A stretch of 64,000 nucleotides of DNA from the NCBI GenBank assembly GCA_904063045.1, contig CAJFCJ010000045.1:32906-96905 (forward strand), read 5' to 3'. The notes beneath the pieces are model-generated. The model made no database searches and was not told where the DNA came from. It worked only from the letters and a program-made list of their open reading frames with translations. Within the stretch, counting starts at the first letter, position 1. Each line of letters begins with the position of its first letter. This DNA comes from Dimorphilus gyrociliatus (lineage: Eukaryota > Animalia > Annelida). The translations under genes were made by a program, and so were the position numbers. This document shows positions 49,661 to 62,500 of the stretch, piece by piece.

Positions 49661-50049
49661 AATTTTGGTTAAAAAGTTCTTTTTAAGGCTATGTAATTGG
49701 GAAAAGAAAAACTTTAAAATTGTCACTTAGAAAATAAACTAATGTAAATAGAAGGTTTTTTCATGCATATCTTCATTTATTAGTTCATTTTGTAAGAAAT
49801 TTAAAAATACAATTATTTAATGAACTTTTAAAAAGAAAACAAATTATTTCTGCATAAAACTATACACAATTTTTTTTTCAATTTTTCATATCAACAAAAA
49901 AGAATATATATTGAAAATTTCATTTCAATGTCTTTAAGAAAGAAAAGTAGGCTTTTTATAAATTACATATTTAAATAAATAACATTTTTGCACAACACAA
50001 TTATCTGGGTCAAAAGTAACTAATAAACACAAAGTTTCAAGTTTTCTTT

Positions 50050-53000
50050 TTTTTTAACAATTGCAGGTTTAAAATTTAATGTTTTAAAGTCAATTAATCC
50101 AGTTAGCCAGCTTGTTAGTCTCTCAGTAAATTCTTGATTAGTCAGATGACAAATGATTGTTGTGGATTGTTTCTTTCTTTTATTTTTCTAAGCCAAAAAA
50201 GCAGTTTTTAAAGGACAATAACCTGAAAAAAAATTAAAATAAAGTTGTTTGTATACAAATAAAGAGTTAAAATTTTATTTTTACTATCCATTCAAATATT
50301 CATCAAAGATGTTTCCAGATAAAAGGCAAAACTCCAGCTTTTAGATAATTTCTTTTTCTGTAAAAATAAAAGGAAGCAGAACACAATTAAAAGAAACATT
50401 GTTTGATAAACTTACCAAAAAAGTTATCTATTTTTTGAGAAGATTTTAATTCTTTTAAAGAAGCTTTGAGCTCTGACCTACAAAATACTTCCTAAACTTA
50501 CAACATGAAAAACAAAAGACAAAAAAGCATTATCAAGTAGTTGAAAATGCCTTTTTAAGTTAATTTTTTGAAAGATATCATATAAGAGAAATCAGTCAAA
50601 AATTAAGGAAACAAGACAATTTAATACAGAATTCAGTATCTCAAATGAGAAATTGAATTGAAAACAGCCATCATGTATTTGAACACCTCATAAAGGCTTT
50701 CAGTAAATACAATCTGAGAGAATACAATTACAAATAATTATAATACAAAAAACTTATACCTAGAAACATACTATATAAACTGCAGAGCTTTTTCTCCAGT
50801 ACTTCAAAGAACACTCCATTGGAAGAATTCTCAACTGGATAACCTACACAAAGATTAGGCTACAAAATACTTTATTTACTTTCTGATGAATTATTCATGT
50901 TAGATATTTCAAAGGAAAAATCAGAATAATCCATCAGAAAATATAAATCATTACAAAATTACAAAGAGCTCCTACTCCTTCAAAAGTTGGAAATGAAATG
51001 ATGTTTTCCCAACAAGCTGTAAGGTTTATCTGTAAAATACTCTATGTTGATTTGTGAATACTTAACTTATTTTTTTTAACATGCATGTAGTAGTCATATT
51101 TCAAGATGGAGAAAATGTAGAAAATATCTTTAATTCTTATATTTTTAATATCTAAAACTTAAATTAACAGATTTGTAAATATTATGGGAATGATTGTACA
51201 GGTATTACAATAAATATTATAATAACAAGAGATTTATTGATAAATTTTTCAAAAACAATAGTCCATTTTCTATCAATTTTATAGAATATTTGATTAAAAT
51301 AATTCACATACAAACACCTTTATATAATTTAATATATATATTTACATGCCATGAACATGTGTTCTGTAATTTTTATTGTCTTGTGAGAAAATATCTTGCA
51401 CTGAAATGCAATTGGGAATGTTTTCCCACAAGAAAAAACAAATTTTTTTAGTGAAAGTTTCTAGTGAAAGTAAAGTCTGACAGAAAAAATGAATCTGACT
51501 ATATGATTTTTTCAATTTTATTTTTACAACAAATATACAAACCACTTAAAAGAAATAGTAAGAATATATAAACAACAAGTTTGATTAAAAAAGACCAAAG
51601 CTAATACAAATAATTTGAACACTGAATTTAATTTTTAACAGCAGATGTTAATTCTTTAAGCAATCTAATAACAAGAGTTTCTTCTTTTTTACATATTTCA
51701 TTAGGATGGTTTAATAATTTACATCCCATTACTTTCAAATCTTGACAAATATTCTTATCAAATGATTTTTTTGTGAAATACAAGTTATTTTTGGAAAAAG
51801 GTAGCTGCTTAACAATTTTCTTAATATCAATATTTTTAGAATTATGCTTTATATATACAAAAAGATTACTTGTAATCAATTTCCAACCAGTTACAATTGG
51901 AAGTAAATCATCCATTTCTAAATTTTCTATACAAAACATTTGTACTTTTTTTCTGTTTTAATTATAGATTGTACCTTTTCCCATTTTTTTTCATTTAAAT
52001 TAACAAATTGATCTGTTAAAATTGTAAAATCAGATTGGAAAAAGGCAATTGCTTTACTGCTTTTTTTATATCAAAATCTACAGAAATATTTTTGAGTAAA
52101 TTAAAATATTTGTTGTTCTTAAATTCCATCCCTTAATTATACAAAAGACATCTTGAATTGTTAAATTTTCAATACTAAACACCTGAAAGCTTTTATCAAT
52201 TTTTAACATATTTTTAGCCTTTAAGAATTTACCATTTTCTAATTTTAGAAAATCATTTGTTAAAATTGTATAATCTGATAAAATATCATGGAAAGGTTTT
52301 GTTTTTTTAAGGAAGTTCTGTTGAGTTTTTTGTGAAAAATCAGGATCATTGAAAGTATTGATTGTTCTTTGAATAATTAACATATTTTGAAATTTATATT
52401 TCCTTTCATTCTTTCTTTGTAACTCATTAAAAAAAAAATCCTGTCTACTTACAGCATCATCATTCTGGACATCCTCATCCAACTGCATCATTTCTCCAAC
52501 TTCCAAATTCTCTCCAAGACCCATCTGATTGTAGATTTCCATATCCATTTCCTCAATATTTTCACAATTTGTAGATGGTAACTCAGATTCCAATCCAGTT
52601 GTTGGTGGTGCAGGTTCAATTCCAGTTGATTGTGGTGCAGATTCCAATCCAGTTGTTGGTTGTGCAGATTCAATTTCTGTTGTAAGTGGTTCCAATTCTG
52701 ACTGCAGTGCTGATATAGCCATTTCTTGTTCTTGAAAATATTCTTCTCCTGATTCAAATAGTTGTGGTGTAACAGTTTCAATTCCAGATTGTTGTCTATG
52801 TTCAATAATTGTTGTTTCTTCTGAGAATCTTCTTGCAGTACTAGCAGTTGGCTGTGCAGGTACAATGATGTCTGTGTTTTCTGCTGGAGTTGTTGTTTCA
52901 TTTTCCAATTCATTTTCAGTTGCAGATGATTGAGAGATAGGGTTGGTTGTTGTTGCTGTTGTTTCTTTAGTTGGAGTTGGAGCATGGCAGTCATTATAGA

Positions 53001-53900
53001 ACTTAAGTAACTTTTTTTTCCAGTTGCTGAATACTTTATCACTTCTTTCTCCAATGATTTCCAAATTTTTTTTATTTATATTTAACACTTTCTTTTCATA
53101 AAAGTCTAAAATATTTTTAAAAGCATCTTCCTCTTTAACTGTTTTCATTAAATCTTTTAAGAATCTATAATTTTTTAAGTCTAGCTGTTTTTTATAAAAT
53201 TTTCTCATATATTTTTTTGATACAGATGTTAATTTTTGAATATATTTAAAAATAACTTTTAGCTCTTCTACATTGTCTGAAGGTTCAGCTAATGCCTCTT
53301 TAATACAACATGCTCCTAATAATTGATAGTTAAAGAATTGTTTACAGATAGCAGAATCAAAAGTTACATGAAATCTGCTATAGTAGGCATTGTGGTAACA
53401 ATGAAATAGAAAACTAATTTGAACTTTTAAATTTTTTTCAGTAATATCAATTGATTGAGTAGGATCTTCAAAAATTGGAATACACCATCTATTAGTTTCC
53501 ATTGTAATGCTGTGTAAAAAAAAAATTATTAGAAAAATTTCAAAGTGTATTTGTACAACTTACAAAAAATTTTTCAAAGCCTTCTCTTTTCCACAAAAAA
53601 GTAAACCAAGTTTCCAAAGTCAAACCTCAGACTGATTTAATGAATATTAAAAACACCCAGTTATATTTATATACATCTTCTTGGTTAAGAGTTTTTTTCT
53701 GTAAACAATTTAATTAATCAAACAATTGAAAAGGTTTTTAGTGATCTTTCCCTTGATCACCTTTTTACATAATATGCAAGCACTCACTAAACAACTATTA
53801 ACCATTGAATACTTTCACCCTTGTCTTGTCAAACAAAGTTAATTTAAACTTACAAAGTTCAACTCTCCTTCAAAGCTTGACTTTAGTTAATTCTATAAAT
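50050..53900 (-). pseudogene. Degraded multi-exon gene of unknown family, including the 474-aa ORF 53502-52078 and the ORF 51939-51628
   Basis: Long ORF with a Thr/Glu/Pro-rich repeat (ESAQPTTGL/ESAPQSTGI/EPAPPTTGL). Splice-like sites at about 53510, 53562, 50478, 50416 and 50224. Stops and homopolymer frameshifts in flanking exons; an internally duplicated C-terminal module. Confidence 0.55.
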
Positions 53901-54099
53901 TAATTATTTAAATATGCAGTGATGTGTTCTTTTCTTAATCTTTTTTTCTTACCAATCAAAAAAATTATAGCATAAAATAAATTTCTTTAAGCCTTTAAAT
54001 GTATAGAAAAAAATTTTCTTCAAAAAATAAATAATGTTTTCAACATTTAACTTACAATTTATTTATTTCGCGTAAGAAAAATACAACCAATTGATAGTA

Positions 54100-57000
54100 T
54101 TATTTTTTGCCATTAATTTTGCTTCAAATTTGATCAAAATCAGTCGAGTGGTTGCTGAGATATGGATTCTCTTTAATGTTCCATTTTGACACTGTTATTG
54201 GCTTACATCAATCAAAAATATTCCTCATAAAAAAACTAAATTGGTTAATATTAATGATACAGATCTGAAATTTTGTACATATACTAATATTGATATGCCG
54301 ATTCCAAATCCTTTTACAGAATTCAATTATCTCTTATGGTTTGGGAGCTACGTTGACTTGAAGTTTAATGCATTTTCTTTATATAATTCATTGTCATAAT
54401 TCATATTTTTGAATTGACAAATATTAATTTAATATATGGAATGTCTTTATAAATGTTCATATTATTTTCTAACAATAATTTTGGTTATAATCTTTTATAA
54501 AAGCCTATATAAAATATTTGTCTAGGTTGTGCATACTCTGTTATTAATTAAGGTACAAAGTGCAACTGCCTTACATAAAACATTTGTTATAAAATGATAA
54601 TAAAGATTAATTGGTAAACATATATATATATGTATAGTTTTTTAATTTTTGTACATATAGCATTTAAGATATGCCAATTAAAAATATTTTTACAAAATTC
54701 AACTATGTTGTACAGTTATTAACAACTAATTGAAAGTAGATAATGATATCACAGTGGCCAATTTTTTTATCTTATTTAAAAATTAAGAAAAGAAAAATAA
54801 TACTAAACCTTTATTAATATTTACAAAAAGACACATAGTTCTTTTTCAAAATTTTCATTGATGTACTCTTTCCTCCACAATTTAATGATATAGAACTTTG
54901 TATTAACTAATTTTGGGATGCCAATTTTAAATCTTACCATTACACAGATTTCAATTATGTTGTTTAGTTTTTAAGTTACTCTGCTTCAAAGTTTAATACA
55001 TTTCCTTTATATAAATCCCTAAAAGAATTGATATTTTTCAAGTGTGATTTATTTGAATGAGGTTTTGCTCACATTTTCATTGCTTACAATTTGTTTTAAT
55101 AATTTTTTTCTTTCAAATTTAATCTGACTCTTAAGAAAAACATAATAAGCAAAAGAATCAGCAAGCAGAGAATGCAGATCAAGATGTTGATCAAGAAGAA
55201 GATGAAGAAGAAGCTATGTATCTTGAAGAAGAAATAGATGTTATTGCCAGTTAAAGAAGTGTTATACACTTTTGATGTTGTAAATATTTTTATTGTTATG
55301 ATATAGTTGTGTTCAAAAGAATTCAACAAATTGTACTTAATTGGCAGATTGAGATCAGAGTGATTGTTTTTATTTGCAAGAAGTATCATAAGCAACAGGG
55401 ATTTATAACTGTTGATTTATTTAAAAAAAAATAGAAAGAAATAGCAAAAACAGTTGAAAACTGTTTTAAAATGTATTTGTTTTTCCTTTGTATGTTTTTA
55501 ATTTTAGTTTAAAGACATTTCTTTTTTTCTAATTTTTATATAGCTTCTTAAATAAAACATTTTTTAAACAAAAAATATTAAAACTTTCTTTCAATTAACT
55601 TTTACAATTTTGATTCATTTTAATTTGATATAGTCTCATTCTGTCATTAATTTTACTTCAAATTTCATCAAAATCGGCCAGGTAGTTGCTGAGATATGGA
55701 TTCTTATAAATGTTCTATTTTAACACTGTTATTGGCTTACATCAATCAAAAATATTCGTCATAAAAAAATCAAATTTGTTAATATTTAAGTTAGAGCTTT
55801 CAAATTTGGTGCATATACTAATATCACTACGCCGATCTCAAATCTTTTTACACAATTCAGTTATCTCTTACAGTTCCAGAGTTATGGCACCATCAAATTA
55901 TGCTTGTTATTTCTTACATATAGGTCTATAGGAAATATTCATCATGGCTGGACTAACTCTGTTGTTAATTAAGTTACATGTTTGTAATTCTGTATTTAGA
56001 ATAGTATGATAATGCCAATCATAAAAACACAATTCTTTTAAATATATATATATATATATATATAATAAAAAAATTGATGTATATAGCTTACATTTAAATA
56101 TTCAGTTATAGTCCTTTTTCTTACCATCAAGAAGTTGAAGAATAAAATATTCCTAAACCTATAAATGTACAGAAAATATATATTGTCTTTTATTTTGATT
56201 GAAGAACATTTAGATTTGGTATTCCAATTTTGAATTTTTTTACAAAATTTAACAATCTATTATGTTTTTTCAGCAAGGGTCAGTTAATGTCAGCTACATT
56301 TTCCTTATAAAGTTAGAGTTATATACAGTATATTCTATTTGAATTCGATTATCTTTTGTAGTTTTTGAGCTACAGTGCTTCAAACTTTAATATATTTCCC
56401 CTTTATAATTCACTAAAAAAGTTGATATTTTTCAAGTGGGATTTATTTAAATAAGGTTATGATCACATTTTTATTTCTTATTATTTCTTCTAAAAAGTTT
56501 TTTCCTTAAAGTTTAATCTTGCATTACAACTCAGTGAAAATTTTTCATTATAGAGCTGTAAAGTTTTTTTTACATAAAACAAAAGTTAGCTAATACAATA
56601 TTAATGTATTGAATAGGTTTTATATGTTACTTTCCTCTTTCTCAAATATATATATATAATTGATTTCATTAAACATTGGAGAGATATATAAAGAATACTT
56701 TTATCAATTTAACCACAGCAAACCAAATGCTACAATTCAAGATTCCTTTTAAAAGTATATAAAAATATTCAAAAGAATGATTTCCATCAGAACCAATAGA
56801 AAAAGTTTTGGGAAGAAGAGGTCTATAAGAAAAGGATTAAGACAATAAGAAAAATAAACATGGTAAACAAGAAAACAAGAAAAAGGAACAGGAGAAACAG
56901 AAGGAAAACAAGAAGAGAAACAAACTCACCAAAAGGATGAGCAAGCAGAAGAGGCAGAGATGAAGAAAGTGTTATTTATTTTGAAGAAATAGATATTAAA

Positions 57001-57679
57001 AAAAATGATAAAAATATATATTAACCAAGAAATTTGATTCAAACATTTGGTAAAAAATTATTAAACTGAGAAGAATTGATCACTCTTACAAATAACTTTT
57101 ATTTTTGGCTAAAATTCAGAAAAAAATATTAATTATAGTAAAGAATGAAAAGTAATTATTATAAATTTAATACCAACAGCAAGACAGAATTGTAAAGTTA
57201 TATTATATTATATATTTACTTTAAATTTCAATTTTGCCTTAAACTTTAATATATTTTCTTTATACAATTCATCACATTTCTATTAATATTTTTGGAATAA
57301 GAAATATTTATGTATTATGCAGAACATCCCTCTAATTGTTATTATTTTTTCCTGACAATAATTTTGGTTCAAATTTGATCAAAATTGGCCCAGTAGTTGC
57401 TGAGATATGGATTATAAGAAACATTATATATCAACTCTATTAAAAGCTTATATAAACAAAAATATTCGACATTCAAAAAAACTAAATTTGTTAATATAAA
57501 AGTCAGAGCTCTGAAATTTTGTACATATACTAATATTAATACACCAATTCCAAATCTTTTTACAAAATTCAATTATCTCTTTTGGTTTGGGAGCTACATT
57601 GACTTGAAGTTTAATGCATTTTCTTTATATAATTCATTGTCATAATTAATATTTTTTAATTGACAAATACTAATTTAAT
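54100..57679 (+). repeat. Diverged tandem copies (period about 1.5-1.7 kb) of a non-coding or degraded element; third copy interrupted at 57680
   Basis: Block aaattt(g/c)atcaaaat...gttgctgagatatggatt...gaaattttgtacatatactaatatt...caattatctctt at about 54125, 55660 and 57370. A second shared block lies at about 54950-55100 and 56340-56520. Confidence 0.8.
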
Positions 57680-57826
57680 GGGGGTCATGGAAAACGTCCA
57701 CAATGGAAAACGTCCACAAATTTATGGAAAACGTCCACAGGCAATATGGAAAACGTCCACACAAATATTGAAAACGTCCACAAGTAAAATGGAAAACGTC
57801 CACAGCTGAAATAGCAAATGTGCACA
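57680..57826 (+). mobile_element. Probable left end of a DNA transposon with a subterminal array of T(G/T)GAAAACGTCCACA 15-mers
   Basis: Starts GGGGGTC exactly where homology to repeat copy 1 stops (...aatttaat|). Units start at 57688, 57704, 57725, 57747, 57768, 57790, with a degenerate unit at 57812. Confidence 0.7.
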
Positions 57827-58177
57827 ACTTTAATAGAAAGAATTTTCTTAACATGAAACCAAAAAAAAATATTTACAACAAAGAACTTGAAAATTAATTG
57901 ATAAAGGATTAGTTAGATATCTTAAAAGTATAAGAAAAATATTCATTTCATACCAGTTTTCTTTTCTAGTTACATCTACTTCCTGTTTTTTTAAGCTGTT
58001 TACTTTTGAGGAAAATTCATTGAAACTGCTTTAAAACTGGTGTTATATATGTGTAATTATTGTAAGTATTATTTTTCTTTATTTATCATAATGTATTATT
58101 ATTATTTGGCAGGTAAAAAGTAGCGAATTTTGAATTAAATGAATGTTTTTAAATGTAGCATTACATCAGGATTCAAA

Positions 58178-58736
58178 ATGGCAGCATGCAAAAGTTGTAA
58201 CAAACACTTTCATGGAAAGGAAAAGCAAATGAAATGTGTACTATGCAAATACATATTCCATGTCAAATGTATTGAAGGTCAGACTCTGTGAATAATTTCA
58301 GTTTCACATTTTAAATATTACTTTTTAAATAGGAAAATATTGCACTCAATGCAAAGAAATAAACAATAAAGAAGTTATTATACAACTGAATAGATGCAAA
58401 TTCAAAAAAACTCAGCAGAATGAATTGAATGAAAGTAGTGCTATGCAAATGATAATGCCACCATCACAAATTGCACCTCAAGAGGAAGACATTAATGACA
58501 AATTTACTTCTCCAAAACCATCTGATATTAATTTTTCCTTTCATTTTGGAGTTTATCAAGAGCACAGGATAGCAGATGAAATTGTTGATGATGAATAACA
58601 TATTGCAGATTTTTCTAGTGAATATGCAGTGTCAACAGAAATTCCAGAAACAGTACCTGACTTTTGCAATGAAGTGGAAATTTCAACTGAAAATGATCAA
58701 TGTACACATACATTCGTCAGCTATATTCTACAATAG
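58178..58736 (+). pseudogene. Spliced PHD-finger gene (exons 58178-58277 and 58333 onward) with an in-frame TAA at 58596 inside an acidic tail
   Basis: Removing the 55-nt GT-AG intron gives MAACKSCNKHFHGKEKQMKCVLCKYIFHVKCIEGKYCTQC = C4HC3. The frame continues acidic after the TAA to TAG at 58734. Confidence 0.7.
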
Positions 58737-59180
58737 AGAAGTAGTATTGAACCAGTATTGTACTATGCAGATAGCACTGATAAAGATAAGCAGTAGTGAC
58801 CTAGTTTCGCATAGGGCAGTGCATACACATTATGCAGTAATAAAACCTATTGAATTATATAAAGAATATTTGCTATTTGCAACCTAGCATTAATATTACA
58901 ATTTATTAATCCATAAATTTATGATTTCGAACTAAAACTAGTTCAATTAATTATCAATTATGCTTAAATTCTAAGGTTAGATTATATTCACTATTCAACA
59001 GTATTGTATACACAATACTGTTCTTTTTAACATGCATTAATCAGATATACTTCCTCCTTATATGCTGATGCTAAATTTACTAACTCAATCAATTGAATAT
59101 CATTATTAAGGTAGAATATAAAAACGGTCAAATATACAATCTACATGTTTTCTTGATTGTTGGACTTGTCCTACTAAAAT

Positions 59181-59551
59181 TGTTACATCTTATGCAACTC
59201 TCCAACCTTCGAAATTCAACTATTATTTAGAAGAGGAAAACAATAAAAACATGACCATATTTAGAACTTTTCTTTGTCTTCAAATGTTACTTTTGTTTTT
59301 GTGAACATTGAAATTTGTGAACTATCAACCTTTAAAAGAGTATATAAACCCTACGAAATTAACAGTTGATAGTTCAGTTTTCTAACCGTCAGCTAGTTGT
59401 TTAAACTAGCTTGTTTAGAACTAGAAGCTCATTTTACTCAATACATATTCTTTGGACGAAATACTGGTGTTTTGTTAATCAATTTCTACCGAAATTGCCT
59501 TTGTTAGACTATTTGTGGACGAACTTTAAAGGTTCTATTTGGACCAGTACT
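59181..59551 (+). mobile_element. Putative 5' LTR of the Gypsy element
   Basis: Starts TGTTACAT; TATATAAA at 59341; TTCAGT at about 59373; ends ...GGACCAGTAC(T) followed by TGG at 59553 (PBS-like; cognate tRNA not identified). Termini are shared with 44551-44806. Confidence 0.6.
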
Positions 59552-59566
59552 TTGGCAAGTTGGTAA

Positions 59567-62500
59567 ATGATTGGAAAGGACGATTACAGTTGTGACGAAC
59601 CAGAAATTCCTACAATTACAATACAACAAAGTACAAATATGGCGCAGTCGACAGCCCACAATGCTACTTCAATGAATGTTATTTTGGTTTATGAGAATGA
59701 CAAAGCCAGAGCCAAGGAAGTAGATGAGTATCTTTCAAAAATTAATGAATTAATGTTGAGAATTAAAAGTAGTGGAGCCAAAGTTGATGGTAATAGCTTT
59801 TTAAAGTACCATTTGATGACTGGGGCAGCTACAATTCCTGAAGGTATGGTTAATCCTGATCCTACTCAACCAAAATTCAGTTATGATGGCATTCAAGATA
59901 ATGCTTTGGAAAAGACAATTGCAAGTCTTCTAATTGATGCTAATGAGAAACCTAATACTACTTTGCTGAGACCCTATTCTGGTAGCAAAGATACTTGGGC
60001 CTTTAAGAGGAACTTTCAAACAGCTTGTGAATTAAACCTTTGGGATACAGAAGAGAAAAGAGTTCGAATGCTGAGAAAATACACTACTGGAAGAGCCAGA
60101 GATGTTATTGAAAGTTTACCCTCCATGGCAAATGAAAATGAAATTTGGGATGCATTGGATGAAGAATTTAATCCAGATCCTATGGCTTACAAAAAAGAAA
60201 TTGATAGATTGAGACAGTTCAATGATGAAACTGTCCAAAGTTTTGTTAGAAGAAGTAAAGAACTTGTGGAAAAATTCCTACCATTCAATACTACTGAAAT
60301 GGCTTGTGTTACTGAAAGAGTTAGAGAACTTCAACTGTTAACTGTATTCAGGAATGGTCTTAAAGGAAAAATTGTTAATCATGTGGAAAAAGATGGAAAG
60401 ATTAACTCAGTTAATCAGTATATTAAATTGGCAAAAAGAGCAGAAATATTTTTTGATAATGCAAGAAAAGAAAGCGAAAATGAATTCAAACAGTACAAAA
60501 GGAGATTTGACAACAATCAGAGTAACTCAAATCAAAATGAACATACATTTAAACCTTTTTCTCAAAATAGATTTCAACAACAAAGAAATGGAAATGCAGG
60601 AAATAATGAAAAAGGCAGCTTTAACAGACTAATACATGTTGGACCTGATGAACCTAATGAAACTGAAATTTCTAAAGGAAGAATGGCAATATTTAATCTC
60701 AAAGAAGAGAAAATCGCACATTTTAAGTGTACTTCTTTGGTAAAAGGCAGAAAAGATTTCCAATTTCGAATGAAAAATCATAATGGAAGAGAGGTTATTG
60801 CTTTATGTGATTCAGGAGCACTTTTGTCATTTATTACAGAAAAAGAAATCAGGTTAATGGATTCTAAATTCATCAAGAAAGAAACTACTGGCTTACCAAT
60901 CATCACTTCAGCAGAGGGAAATGCTTTAAAGACAAAAGGAAAAACAAAACTGAATATTCAATTTAATGGAAGAATTATGGAACAAGAATTCTTTATTATG
61001 GAAAAACTAGATATGGCTATAATACTTGGTTGTGATTTCTTAGAAAATGCTGGAGCTCTTATTGATTTTGCAACAAAACAAGTTTCTCTTCCATTCTTTA
61101 TCAGAAAAGGACAACCAGTTAGAAAGTTTTTGCAATATAACGAAAATCACCAAACAAAATTTGGAAAACAAGGCAGTGTAAAAAAAGTAACTGTTGGAAT
61201 GATGGGACAGTATTTTGAAGATTCTGACACTCCATCTGAAGTTTTTGATACTCCATCCGAAGTTTCAGATAGTGTGGACTCAGAAATGGAAGTTACTGAT
61301 CCAGATACTGGCTATGATACAAGCAACACTCATGGTTCAAGCATAGTTTATGAGGGATTCAATGGTTTTGATTCAAATAGCAATTATGGCACAGATGAAA
61401 GTTCCAGTACTTCTGAAAATTATGATACAGAAACAAGTATTGAATCAGATCACAGCCCAGACTCAGATTTGGATATAATCAATGGTACAAGCTCATCTGA
61501 AGATGAAATTAGTGATTCAACTGATTCTGATCATGGTTCAATGATTGTTATAGACTCATCTGAGGAAGAGCTTGATAACATAACTGAGCCTGATAATGAT
61601 TCAATGATTGTTATAGACTCATCTGAAGAAGAGACCAGTAACACAATTGAGTCTGACAATGATTCCATAATGGTTATAGACTCATCTGATGAAGAGACTG
61701 GAAATATACCTAAGTCTGACAATGACTCAGTTATTCTCATAAATTCCTCTGAAGAAGAAACTGAAGACTTGGCTATGGAAATGGAAATGAAACCACAATA
61801 CATAGAATTAGAAGATGGAATAACTATCAAAGTGCAAAAAGAACAAAAGAAAAATCCAGTTACTCCTGAAATAGAAGAATTACAGTTGGAAAGTATTGAA
61901 TTTGAACATTTGTCTAATCAAAATGTACACAATATTAATTCAAATACACTAGAAATTGACAATTATTTACATGTGTCCAAAAATAATCTTGACAAGAACA
62001 GAGAAGAATTAAAAGAAATGATAAAGAATTATGAAGATATTATTGCTACAAATCAGAATGACATTGGTTCACCAGATGTTCCACCAATGGCAATTGAATT
62101 ATTGGAAGATATAAAGCCTTTCAAACAAAGACCATACAGATTGCCACCCAACAAACAGCAGGAATGCAGGGATCAATTAAATGGATTATTGGAAAATGGT
62201 CTAATTAGAGCAAGCAAAAGCCAATGGGCTTCACCCATTGTTTTTGTGAAAAAGAAAGAAGGAACATTAAGAATGTGTGTGGATTACAGAAAACTTAACA
62301 AGCAATCAAAAAAGAATTGTTATCCAATCCCACATCAGGAAGATTTATTTGATAAGCTTGGAGGAGGCCACAAATATTTTTCTATATTGGATTTAACAAG
62401 TGCATTTCATCATATTCCAATTAAAGAAGAAGATAAGGAGAAAACTGCTTTTATTACACCATTTGGTTTATTTGAATTCAACCGCATGCCATTTGGTTTG

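Noticed and set aside
55140-57000. Acidic and Lys-rich pseudo-coding stretches (EEDEEEAMYLEEEID and similar)
   Set aside because: Multiple stops, low complexity, and part of the degenerate tandem unit; no recognisable protein.
57688-57826. CRISPR-like repeat-spacer appearance
   Set aside because: Repeats are 15 bp and spacers only 1-7 bp, there are no cas genes, and the context is eukaryotic; it fits a transposon subterminal array.
61531-61830. Antisense ORF with internal repeats
   Set aside because: Mirror of the 63-nt repeats in the Gypsy ORF.
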